Source: Klebsormidium nitens
Taxonomy: Eukaryota > Plantae > Klebsormidiophyceae
NCBI GenBank assembly: GCA_000708835.1
Contig: DF237312.1
Location: 34,680-98,679, forward strand
DNA: 64,000 nucleotides
Reading direction: 5' to 3'
Positions 1-12,000 of the stretch are shown here, piece after piece. Below the pieces are notes generated by a model. It had not been told where the DNA came from and searched no databases. It saw only the letters and a list, made by a program, of their open reading frames with translations. Numbering within the stretch: position 1 is the stretch's first letter; every line of letters starts with the position of its first letter. Made by a program: the position numbers and the translations under genes.

Positions 1-3000
1 GCCGCCACGGAACCCTCCCCCACGCAGTGCCCCTCCCCCTCCCAAGGCCAAGCTTTCCCCACCTCCGCCCCCCAAGAAAAACCCACCTCCTCCAACTCGT
101 CGCCCGCCACCTCCGAAAAGCCCCGTGCCTCCCCCACCACGCTCAAAAGCAAATCCCCCCCCGCCGCGGCGGGCCCCGCCTCCACCCCCTGTGAGGCAGT
201 GCAGGTCGACCTCCGATTGCCCCACGAATAAAGGCTGCTGCACCGAAGAGTCTACGGGCAAAGTTGGTGAGTGTATCTCACAAGGGTAGTATAGATATCT
301 CAAAAGAACTTGTTGACCTAAGGTTGACAATTTATCAGATTTGACAATCTGTGCGTGTTCCATGCACAAGCTGGTTGTTTGCTAAGTGATATCGAAAGAG
401 TTGTGTGATCTCTTTCATTATTTGCTAGCTCCTTCATTCCATTCGTAACGTTTGCAAAGACATAGATGGCTGCCAGTGATCCTGGCTGCCTCTTTTTGGA
501 CACGTCGTTACGTTGGAATTCCAGTTGCATGTGCAACTCGCTGTGCTTGAAATGAAAAGCACTACTACCCTGGCTTAGATTTAAGACATTCTGAGTTAAC
601 TCAGAGGATTCGGAGATATCACCAGGCACCCATTATGCACTATCAAAGAAAGGCCTTCTTTTCGTGGTTCTCTTTCAATAACTGTTGCGTATTTACATTT
701 AGATCTTTTCTCAGAAAGAAGACTCGCTCTTCTCATTGCTATGGTTTTTTTGACCTCTCTTACTCTCCGTTGCTTCATTAGAGCTCGAATGAAGAGCATC
801 GAAGTACTTCCAAGCTTCTTCTTCTTCTCTGGCAGCGCGTCCTTCATAAACGTCTTCTATCTCCGACCCTGACAATCGTGTCCACCCCTTTCCAGGCGTT
901 TGCACAAATGTGCCAGTATTGTCAAATGGAACCCAGGTCTGCTACAGCTGCAATTATTTCAACGGGCCGACCTGCCCTCCTGAATTCGGAGTATGCTGCT
1001 CCGACGGAGAGTGCAGAGCGTCGGCCAATGAGTGCACCTGTTTCTACACCTCATCCGACTGTCCAACAGGCCATTGTTGCAACCACGACTACTTTACGAG
1101 CTCTTCAGGTGCGCGACCCAAGGTCTATGAGACGAGCAAGGAGTTTACCCGCTAGCAGCATGATGGGGCCCCCTGTTGCGTGCTCAGAGAAATGACGCGT
1201 TGAATCTGCGCAGGGATCTCTTCAAGTGGGTTATCGTTCAGCTTCGAAGTTTCAAAATCTCTAGGCCTTCAAGCTGAAGTCTCTTGTAGAAAGAGTGAGG
1301 AGTGACACACGTGGTTCAATACCTAGGGCGCAGACGCTAGCAAGGTGTGCAATGTGTCTCATGCAAAACATTGATGAGTTGCAGTTGGCTTCTAGACCGA
1401 AACTGATCAAGGTGTTTGCTCTTTCTTGTGAGAAGTTGCCCACAATTTCTATGTCTTTTCTCCGGCAGGTTTCTGTACCGATATGCCAGTCCTTTCGAAC
1501 GGCACCCAGGTTTGTTTTGACTGTCATGATTTCAACGGCCTCGTCTGCCCTGACAACAAGGCTTTCTGCTGTCCCGACGGAAAGTGCGCTGCAAACGAGA
1601 GTGCATGCACCTGCCAATCCTCAGATTCATGCCCCGCTGGGTATTGCTGTACTGGATCGAACGGTGTCGATGGTAAGCGTTGTCACGCTTGGGCTTGTTC
1701 TTGTTCTGAAGGTTTCGACTGAATACATGTGACTTGTTTTGCAAGTGAACAGGCTCTTCGAGGTTGGCCAGTGGCATGCACGTTTGAGGTGCAAGCTTTC
1801 GAGAAGGGCGTTCTGTTGGTCTTGCTAGTTGCTGCTACCACTTCGCCATTTGTACGCACCTGTTACGACACGAAAGTCCTTGCAAATGGCATACAGGTCT
1901 GCCCGCAATGCAATAACTTCAACGGTCTCAGCTGCCCGACTTCCAAACCGTTTTGCTGCCCCAACCACGCAGAATGCGGCGCGAGTGAGAGCGGTTGCAA
2001 GTGCGAAGCCTGCACCTGCGACTACCTTAGCGAATGCCCCACCGGTTTCTGCTGTACTGAAGCGAGCCCCGGCCAGACAGGTGTGTTGCGTCGTTGCCAT
2101 CCGTCTGATCAAGATGTCGTCAGGAAGGTCGGCTCCTCAGTGTAGATCTCTATGCATTGATGATGCGGCGGCTAGGACGTTTGACGGTTTCTGAAACGTT
2201 TCTCTGAACACCTTTGGTCTATACCATGGCAATCCTAGCGCCGCCTATCAGGATCTTTGAGTCCCTTACGAGGATGAAACGCCGTTGGATTCCCTTGCTA
2301 TTCTTAGAGCTTCGGTCATTTGGGACCAACTTGACGTTGGCAACCATTTCAAACGTCGAGGGCCAAGCTCCCGCTGGATTGAGACGATGCGAAAGGGTGT
2401 TGTGAGTGCGTTACCCCGTGCAGAATACCTGGAGAATCAATTTGAGATCTCGCCGATAGCTATGGGCAGCCAACTAAGTCCTGCACGCTTCCTGTCCAGA
2501 TTGCCACCTTGAAGGGACAGTACACGTCTGGCTTTTTGGATTTTTCCCAAGCTGGGGTGGTCTTTCATCTCGCAATCTTTGGCAATCTGGTTTTTAGCTC
2601 TTCTCATCTGATGATCGGACTTTCACCTTCTTGTCCCAAATCAACATGATCCAAAGACGCGTGTCCCTGCAGGGAGGTGCACGAACGCGCCCATCAACAG
2701 CAGCGGCAAGCAGGTTTGTCCAAATTGCAACTATTGGAACGGGCTGAGCTGCCCCGCTGGCAAAGGAACGTGCTGCGCAAATTCAGGGCAGTGCGTTGCA
2801 TCTCCAACCTCCTGTCCATGTGAAGGCTCCTACGATTGCCCCTCCAACACTTGTTGCAGCACCGAGTACGAGTCCGACAACTTGAATTACAAGCAGGGTG
2901 AGTATAAGCTCAATACTGTAGCCGTGAGTACAATAACGTGATGACTGAGCGTAGGCCTGAAGTGTAACCCGGATAAATCCTAAGCGTACTCCACTTTGTT

Positions 3001-6000
3001 ACCAGTGAGAGCTCCGAGTCTGACAACCTGCTGGTGGGGTGCCTCCGCTGAAGGCCTGCTTCGTTGATGATCTCGAATGGCGGAAACCTATTTCAATGGT
3101 GGCCCACTCGGGCAAAGTCAAGCCCGGGTCGAGGGTCGCGTTCTCACTTTCTGCTTCCTGTGTAATTGCTTCTTTCTTCACTCCTCCGAGATTGCAAGCT
3201 GACTCGATCTTGTGTCACACAGGTATTGAGATTTTAGATGAGCTGTCAGTGCAAGAGAGTTGTTTCTCCAACATTAACCCTCCAGGAATTGCGCAAAATG
3301 TTCGATGTCGATCGTTGTTTCCAAATGTGTTGCAAGTATTTCGTTGTACGATCCTCTTCGTGTCCGGAATTTTGAGCCGCCACCTCAGACCTGCTGCACC
3401 CTCTCACGACCCCGGGTCGACGTCATTTCTGCAACCACCACTGAATTTGATAGCCTTTCTGACCGGTGACCACTTGCAAGTTGCAAAAACTTGCAAAATT
3501 CTCATCTGATTGTAATTCGTGGCTCGTGGTTTTCAATTCTGGCTCGATCGCTTTCACACCGTTCGCAGATTGGCAACAGCGACAAGATCAGGCAAAGTGT
3601 CTGATTGAAAGCTCCTCCTTTACCACTCGTAGGTACCTGTTACAAGAGAGCAGTCCTTGCAAACGGCACACAAATCTGCCCGAACTGCAACCTCTTCAAC
3701 GGTCTCAGCTGCCCCGCTTCTAAACCAACGTGCTGCCCCGCGTCAGGAGAGTGCGCTGCAAATGAGAGCGCATGCACCTGCGAATCGTCCTATTCATGCC
3801 CCGATGGGTTCTGTTGTACTGGATCGAACGGTGTCGATGGTAAGCATTGTCATGCTTGGGCATGTTTCAAAAGATAAAGGTTCTGATTGATTACCGGTGA
3901 CTTGTTTTACGAGTGATCATACTCTCTGAGATTGGCTTGGCATGAACGTACTTTGAAATGCAAGTTTTCGAAAAGGGCTTTCTGTTGGTCTTGCGCTAGT
4001 TGCTGCTACCACTTCGCCATGTGTAGGCACCTCTTACGGCACGCCAGTCCTTGCAAATGGCACACATGTCTGCCCGCAATACAATATCTTCAACGGTCTC
4101 AGCTGCCCCGCTTTCCAACCGTTCTGCTGCCCAACCGTGCAGAATGCGCCGCTGGTGGAAGCGGTTGCAAGTGCGGACGCTGCCCCTGCCAGTACTCCAG
4201 CCAATGCCCCACCGGTTTCTGCTGTACTGAGGAGGGCTCCGGCCAAACAGGTGCGTTGTGTCGTTGGCCTCCGTCTGTCAAGGTGTCTTTAGGAAAGTCG
4301 GCTCCTCACCTGTTGATCCATAAGCATTGACGATGTGACGGCTAGGACGCAAATTGATTTTTTCTTGGACGTTTCTGTGAATACCTTCGGTCTATCATTC
4401 GGTGACCAATCCCAGCTCCGTCTTCCAGGATCTTGGAGCACGTTGTGAGGATGAACGCCGTTGGGTTTCCCCCGCCATTCTGAGTAGAGCTTCGGTCATT
4501 TTTGGACCAACTTGACATTGCTGATCGTTTCAAAACTTCGTGGGCCAAGCTTCCGTTGGATTGAGACAATCCGAAAGGGTGCTGTGAATGCGTTACCCCG
4601 TGCATAATACCTAGGGAATCAGTTTGATCGCCGATAGCTACTGGCAGCCAAGCGAAGTCTTGCACGCTTCTTGTCCAGATTGCCACCGCCACCTCGAAAG
4701 GAAAGTACTCGTCTGGCTTTTGGATTTTTCCTAAGTTGGGGTAGTCTTTCATCACTCGAATCTTTGGCAAAAATAAAAAAATGCATTCTAAAATGTGCAG
4801 TAGACTTCTACCTTCTTGTCCCAAGCCAACATTATTGAAAGACGTCTGTCCTTGCAGGGAAGTGCACGGACGCGCCCATCGACAGTGGCGGCACGCAGGT
4901 GTGTCTAGACTGCAACGATTGGGACGGGCTGAGCTGCCCGGCCGGCAAAGGAACGTGCTGCGCAACGGGGCAGTGCGTCGCATCAGGAGCCTCCTGCCCA
5001 TGCTTCGGCTCCGACAACTGCCCGGACAACACTTGCTGCAGCCGCGAGTACGAGTACGACTACGACGACTACGAGTACTACCGTCCCAAGCAGGGTGAGT
5101 ATAACCCCAAAGCTCAGCACGATAATGTGATGGGTTAGCGTAACCCTGAAGTGTAACCTTGATTCAATCCTGAGCGCATTCCACGTTGTTACCAGTGAGC
5201 GCTTCGGTTCTGACCCTCCCTGCTGGGGGGGTGCCTCCGCTTGAAGGCCTGCTAATTTGCGCGGATACCTCGAACAGGGGGAATTGTGTACTGATGCAGG
5301 CCCTAGCCGGGCAAAGTCTGGCACGAGTTGAGGTTCCCGTTTATTTCTGCTGAGTGTGTGATTGCGTCTTTTTTCACTCCTCCGAAGTTGCAAGCTGATT
5401 CCATCTCGTGTCACACACGATTCTCTAGTCAAAAACTTATGAGATGTCAGTGCGGGAAGAATTCTTTTCCAACATCATCCTCCAGGATTTGCGTTGAATA
5501 CTATGTCGATCGTCTTTTCCAAATATGCTGCAAATGTTTTCAGTACGATCCTCCTCGTGACAGAAAAGCTCGAGCCGTCACCCAGAAATGTTGCGCCCTC
5601 TGACAACCCCGGATCGACGTCATTTGAAACTCTGACATCCTGAACTTTTCAACCATCCCTCACTTTTAGGACCTTTTTGACCGGTGACCACTTGCTCTCA
5701 ATCGATTGCATTTTGTCGCTCATGATTGCATTTCTGGCTTGATCGCTTTCACACCGTTTAAAGATTGGCAAAGGCGACAAGATTCCGACAGATTGTCTGA
5801 TTGAAATTCTCCTCTTCGCCGCTCGCAGGTACCTGTTATGGCTCGCCATTCCTTGGAAACGGCACACAAATCTGCCCAGACTGCAACAATCTGAACGGTC
5901 TCAGCTGCCCTGCCGGCAAAGGAACGTGCTGCCGGACAGGGGAGTGCGTTGCGTCAGGAATTACCTGCCCATGCAGAGGCGCCTCCGATTGCCCGGTCAA

Positions 6001-9000
6001 CACTTGCTGCAGCAGCAATTCCGAGTACGATCCCGACACCGGGGATTTAAAGCGGGGTGAGTATAACCCTAAAGCTGCAGTCGCGAGTACAATAACCTGA
6101 TTGGTTGAGCGTAACCCTGAAGCATAACCCCGGAAGAATCCTAACGTACTCCATGATGTTACCGGTAAGAGCTCCGAGTCCGACAACCTGCTGGTGGGGT
6201 GCCTCCGCTGAAGGCCTGCTAAGTTGGGCGGATACCTCGAATAGGGGAGTGTTGTACTGATGCCCAGTCGGGCAAAGTCAACCACGAGTCGAAGGTCCCG
6301 TTCTCAATTTCTGCTGCTTGTGTGATTGCGTCTTTTTTCAATCCTCTGAAGTTGCAAGCTGATTCGATGTCGTGTCTCACAAACTTTTTGGATTGTTAGG
6401 TAGGCTGTCAATGCAGACGGAGCTCTTTTCAAACTTTACCCCCTTAGGAACTGCTATGAAGGATATGTCAATCCTCTTTTCCAAGTATGCGGGAAGTCTT
6501 TCGTCTACGATTCTCTAAGTTGTGTCCGGGATTCTGAGCCGCCACATCAGGCTTGCTGCACCCTCTCACAACCCCGGATCGAGGTCATTTCTTCAAGCAT
6601 CGCTCAATTTGATAGCCGTTTCGACCGGTAACCACTTCTTCTCAAATGATCGCAACTCGTGGCTCATGGTTTTCATTCCGGCTCGATCGTATTCACACCT
6701 TTCACACATTGGTAAAAGCGACAAGATCGGGCAAAGTGTCTGTTTGAAATTTTCTTCTTTCCCGCTCGTAGGTACCTGTTACAACACGCCAATCCTTGCA
6801 AACGGCACACAAATCTGTCCGGAGTGCAACCGCCTGAACGGTCTCAGCTGCCCCGCTTCTAAACCAACGTGCTGCGCGTCAGGAGACTGCGCTGCAAACG
6901 AGAGCGAATGCCCCTGCCTGTCCTCATATTCATGCCCCGATGGGTTCTGCTGTTATAGATCGAACGGTATTGATGGTAAGCAATGTGACGCTTGGGCTTT
7001 TTCTAATTGGTGAAGGTTCTAATTGATTGCCTGTGACTTGTTTTACGAGTGATCAAACTCTTAAAGATTGACTTGGCCTACACGTACTTTTGAGGGTTCA
7101 AGGTTTCGAGAAGGGCGTTCTGTGGGCCTTGCTAGTCGCCGCTACCACTTCGCCGTGTGTAGGCGCCTGTTATGACGTGACACGCCAGTCCTTGCTTATA
7201 GCACAGTGGCACACAAGTCTGCCCGCAATGCAATAACTTCAACAGCCTCAGCTGCCAGGCTCTCACACCGATCTGCTGCCCCAATCACGCAGAATGCGCT
7301 GCAAATGAGAGCGGTTGCAAGTGCAAAGTCTGCACCTGCACGTACTCCGGCCAATGCCCCATTGGTTACTGCTGTACTGAGGAGAACTCCGGCCAAACAG
7401 GTGCGTTGTGCCGTTGGCCTCCGTCTGATCAAGATGTCTTCAGGAAGGTCGGCTCACTTGTCAATCCATAAGCATTCACGATGTGGTGGCTAGGACGACG
7501 CAATTTGATGTTTCCTTGGACATTTCTCTAAATACCTTTGGTCTATCGTATGGCAATCCCAGCGCCGCCTTTCGGAACCTGGAGCACGTTGCGAGGATGA
7601 AACACCGTTGGGTTTTCCCCGCCATCATTAGTGGAGCTTCAATTCGGTTATTTCTGGACCAACTTGACGTTGCTAACCATTTCAAAATGTCGAGGGCCAA
7701 GCTTCCGCTGGATTGAGACGATCCGAAAGGGCTTTGTGAATGCGTCACCCCGTGCAAAATACCTAGAGAATCACGTTGATCGCCGATAGCTACGGGCAGC
7801 CAACCAAAGTCTTGCACGCTTCCTGTCCACCTCGAAAGGAAAGTACTCGTCTGGCTTTTTGGATTCTTTTCAAGTTGGGGTAGTCCTTCATCACTCAATC
7901 TTTGGCAACCTGGTTTTTCGCATAATTTCTAAAATACTCAATAGACTTCCACCTTCGTGTCCCCAGGCAACATGATACAAACACGCGTGTCCTTGCAGGG
8001 AAGTGCACGAACGCGCCCATCGACAGCGGCGGCACGCAGGTGTGTCCAGACTGCAACGATGATTGGAACGGGCTGAGCTGCCCGGCCAGCAAAGGAACGT
8101 GCTGCGAAACGGGGCAGTGCGTCGGATCAGAAGCCTCCTGCCTGCCATGCAGAGGCTCCTACGATTGCCCGGACAACAATTGCTGCAGCCGCGAGTATGA
8201 GTACGACTACGACACCGGGAGTTACGCGCAGGGTGAGTATAACCAAAAGCTGCAGTGTGATTACGATGGGCGAACGTAACCCTGAAGTGTGACCCCGGAT
8301 GGATCCTAAGCGTACTCCACGTTGTTACCAGTGTCAGGCTTTTAGGGTTTTTGGGTGTCAGGGGTTTTAGGGATTGAGAGCTCCGAGTCTGTAAACCTGC
8401 TGGTGGGGTGCCTCCGCGGACGACGTGCTTCGTTGCGCGGATGACCCCGAACAGGAGAACTGTCTACCGATGCCCAGCCCGGCAGAGTCGGGCGCGAGTC
8501 GAGGGTCCCCTTCTCGCTTTCTGCTCCTTGTGAGATTGCGTTTCTTTTCACTCCTCCGAGGTTGCAAGCTGATTCGATGTCGTGTCACACAAATTTATTT
8601 GATTATATTCCCTCTCAGATGAGCGGTCAGTGCGGGAGAATACTTTCTCAACATGAACCCTCCAGTAATGCTCAGAATATCGTGTCGATCGTCTTTTCCA
8701 AATTTGCTGCAAGCAATTTGTGTCCGATCCTCCTCGTGTCTGGAAATTTCGAGCCGCCACCCTAGACTTGCTGCACCCACTCACGACCTCGATTCGACGT
8801 CATTTCTTTCAACCGTCGCTCAATTTCCATAGCCTTTTTGACTGGTGACCACTTGCTCCTGATCAATCGCAATTTGTGGCTCTTGCTTTGCAATTCCGGC
8901 TGGATCGCTTTCACACCGTGCTCAGATTGGCAAAAGCGAAGTTCCGGCAAAGTGTTTGATTGAAATCCTTCTCTTTTCCGCTCGCAGGTACTTGTTACAC

Positions 9001-12000
9001 CACGCCAGTCCTTGCAAACGGCACACAAGTCTGCCCGAACTGCAACTATTGGAGCGGGGTGGACTGCCCTGCCGGAAAAGAAACGTGCTGCGCAACGGGG
9101 CAGTGCGTCGCGTTGGGAACCACCTGCCCATGTAGAGGCGCCTCCGATTGCCCGGAAAACACTTGCTGCAGCCGCGAGTACGAGTACGACTTCGGGGGTT
9201 ACAAGCAGGGTGAGTGTAACCCAAATCTGCAGTCGCGAGTACAATGACCGAATCGGGTGAGCGAAACCCTAGAGCGAACCCCGGATGAATCCTAAGCATA
9301 CTCGACGTTGTTACCAGAGAGAGTTGCAAGTCTGGCAACCTGCTGGTGGAGTACCTCCGCCGAGGGCCTGCTTCGTTGCGCGGATGACCTCCAACAAGGG
9401 AACCGTATACTGAAGGTGGCCCAGTTGGGCAAAGTCAGGCACGAGTCGAGGGTCCCGTCCTCACTTTCTGTTGCTTGTGTGATCGATTCTTTTTTCGCTC
9501 CTCCGAAGGTGCAAGCTGACTCGCTCTCGTGTCACACAGATTTTTCGAATTCTTACAGATGAGCTGTCAGCGGAAAACAATTATTTTCAACATTCGCCCT
9601 CCAAGATTTGCGCTGGATGTTGAGTCGATCGTCTTTTCCGCACATGCTGCAAGTATAGCGTTTACGATCCGCTTCGCGTCCGGAATCTTGAGTTCAGACC
9701 TGGTGCACCCTCTCACGACCCCGGATCGACGTCATTCCTTTAGCCATCGCGCAACTTGATAGCCCTTTTCACTGGTGACCACTTGCTTTCGATTGATTGC
9801 AATCTGTGGCTCGTGGTTTTGATTTTGGCTCGAGTGCTTTTACACCGTTCACAAATGGGCAAAAGCGACAAGATCGGGCGAAGTGTCTGATTGAAATCTA
9901 CTCGTTGCCGCTCATAGGTACCTGTTACAACACACCAGTCCTTGCAAACGGCACACAAATCTGCGCGGACTGCAATTTTCTGAACGGACTCAGCTGCCCC
10001 GCTTCTAAACCAACATGCTGCCCGCTCGGAGAATGCGCTGCAAACGAGAGCGCATGCACCTGCCAATCGTCGGATACATGCCCCTCCGTTGATTTATGTT
10101 GTATTGGATCGAACGGTGTCGATGGTAAGCGCTGTCACGCTTGGGCTTGTTTGAAATGATGAAGGTTTCCAAGGATCGATCGCCTGTGGCTTGTTCTGCA
10201 AGTGATCAAACTCTTCAGTTTGTCTTGGCATGCACGTACTTTTGAGGTGCAAAGTTTCTAGAAGGACGTTATGTTGGTCTTGCTAGTTGCTTCTACCACT
10301 TTACCATTCGTAGGCACCTGTTACGACACGCCAGTCCTTGCAAATGGCACACAGGTCTGCTTGCAATGCAATTACTTAGAATGGTCTCAGCTGCCTGGCT
10401 TCCAAACAGTTCTGCTGCCCCCGTCACGCAGAATGCGCCGCGAATGAGAGCGGTTGCAAATGCGGAACCTGCCCCTGCGAGAACTCCAGCCAATGCCTCT
10501 TCGGTTTCTGCTGTACCGAAGAGGACTCCGGCGAAACAGGTGCGTTGTGTCGTTGGCCTCCGTCTAATCAAGATGTCTTTAGGAGAGTCGGCTTCTCACT
10601 TGTTAATCCATAAGCATTAACGATGTGGCGGCTAGAAGGACGCGATCTGATGTTTCCTTGGACGTTTCACTAAACACCTTTGGTCAACTATGGGACTCTC
10701 AGCGCCGCCTATCAGGATCTTGGAGCAAGTTCCGAGGTTGAAACGACGTTGGGTTTACCGCACCATTCTTAGAGCTTCGGTCATTTTCGGACCAACTTGA
10801 AGTTTGCTAACCATTTGAAAACGTCGAGAGCCAAGCTTCCGCAGGATAGAGATGATGCGAAAGGGTGCCATTAATGCTTTACCCCGTTAGCGATGCACTT
10901 TGATCACCGATAGTCAACCAACCAAGTCTTGCAAGCTTCCTGTCCGACTTGCCACCCTGAAGGGACATTCCTCGTCTGGCTTTATGGATATTTTTCAGGT
11001 TGGGGTAGTCTGTCATCAATCAATCCGGTCTTTGGCTCTTCTCCTCCAATCATTAAACTTTTACCTGCTTGTCCCCAGCCAACATGATTCATCGACGCGT
11101 GTCCTTGCAGGGAGGTGCACGAACGCGCCCATCAACGGCAGCGGCATGCAGGTGTGTCCAGACTGCAATTACTGGAACGGGCTGAGCTGCCCCGCCAGCA
11201 AAGGAACGTGCTGCTTATCGGGGCAGTGCGTGGCGCCGGATTCTTGCCCATGCACCGACGGCTGGGATTGCGCGTACAACACTTGCTGCAGCCGCGAGAT
11301 TGAGTACGACAACACCGGGAATCTCAAGCAGGGTGAGTGTAACACAAAGCTGCAAAACTCCAAAACTGCAGCCGAGTGTATGATAACCTGATGGGTGAGT
11401 GTAACCCTGAAGTAAAAACCCGGATGGATTCGAAAGTACTCCACGTTGTTATGATTAAGAGCTCCGAGTCTGACAATCTGCTAGTGGGTAACCTCCGCCG
11501 AATGCCTTCTTCCTTGCGCGGATGACCTCGAATAGGGGATTGAAGGTGGCCCAGTGGGCAAAGTCAGGCACAAGTCAAGGGTCCCGTTTTCACTTTGTGC
11601 TGCTTGTGCGATTGCTTCTTTCTTTAGTCCTCCGAAGTTGCAAGCTGATTTGATCGTGTCACACTGATGTGTCTGAATCATTAGATGAGCTGTCAGTGCA
11701 AATAATCTATTTCAACATTAACCCTCCAGGAATCGCGCTGAATGTTATGTCGATCGTCGTTTTCAAATATGATGCAAGCAGCTTCGTGTACGATCCTCTT
11801 CGCCTCCGGAAAGTTTGAGCCGCCACCTCAACATTGGCTGCACACTCTCACGACCCCGGATCGAAGTCATTTCGTCGACCATCGCTCAATGTTGATAGCC
11901 TTTTTGACCGGTGACCATCTGCTCACTGTCATTGATCGCTTTTTGCGGCTCATAAATTCAATTCCGGCTCTATTGCTTTCATAAACGCAGTCCACACGTT

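Noticed and set aside
2081-2672. ORF-like stretches in E-to-A introns (e.g. LDQLDVANHFK)
   Set aside because: Frames are broken differently in all four copies. Conservation is explained by recent tandem duplication.
2898-11391. Short read-through tails after A/H donors (GEYKLNTVAVSTIT*, GEYNPKAAVASTIT* etc.) as alternative last exons
   Set aside because: The GE(Y/C) comes from a perfect GTGAGT donor. Tail lengths and sequences vary (12-19 aa) and differ completely in paralog 2 (GE*, GEYEPDL*), which looks like neutral intron sequence. 3'-end sequencing would settle it.
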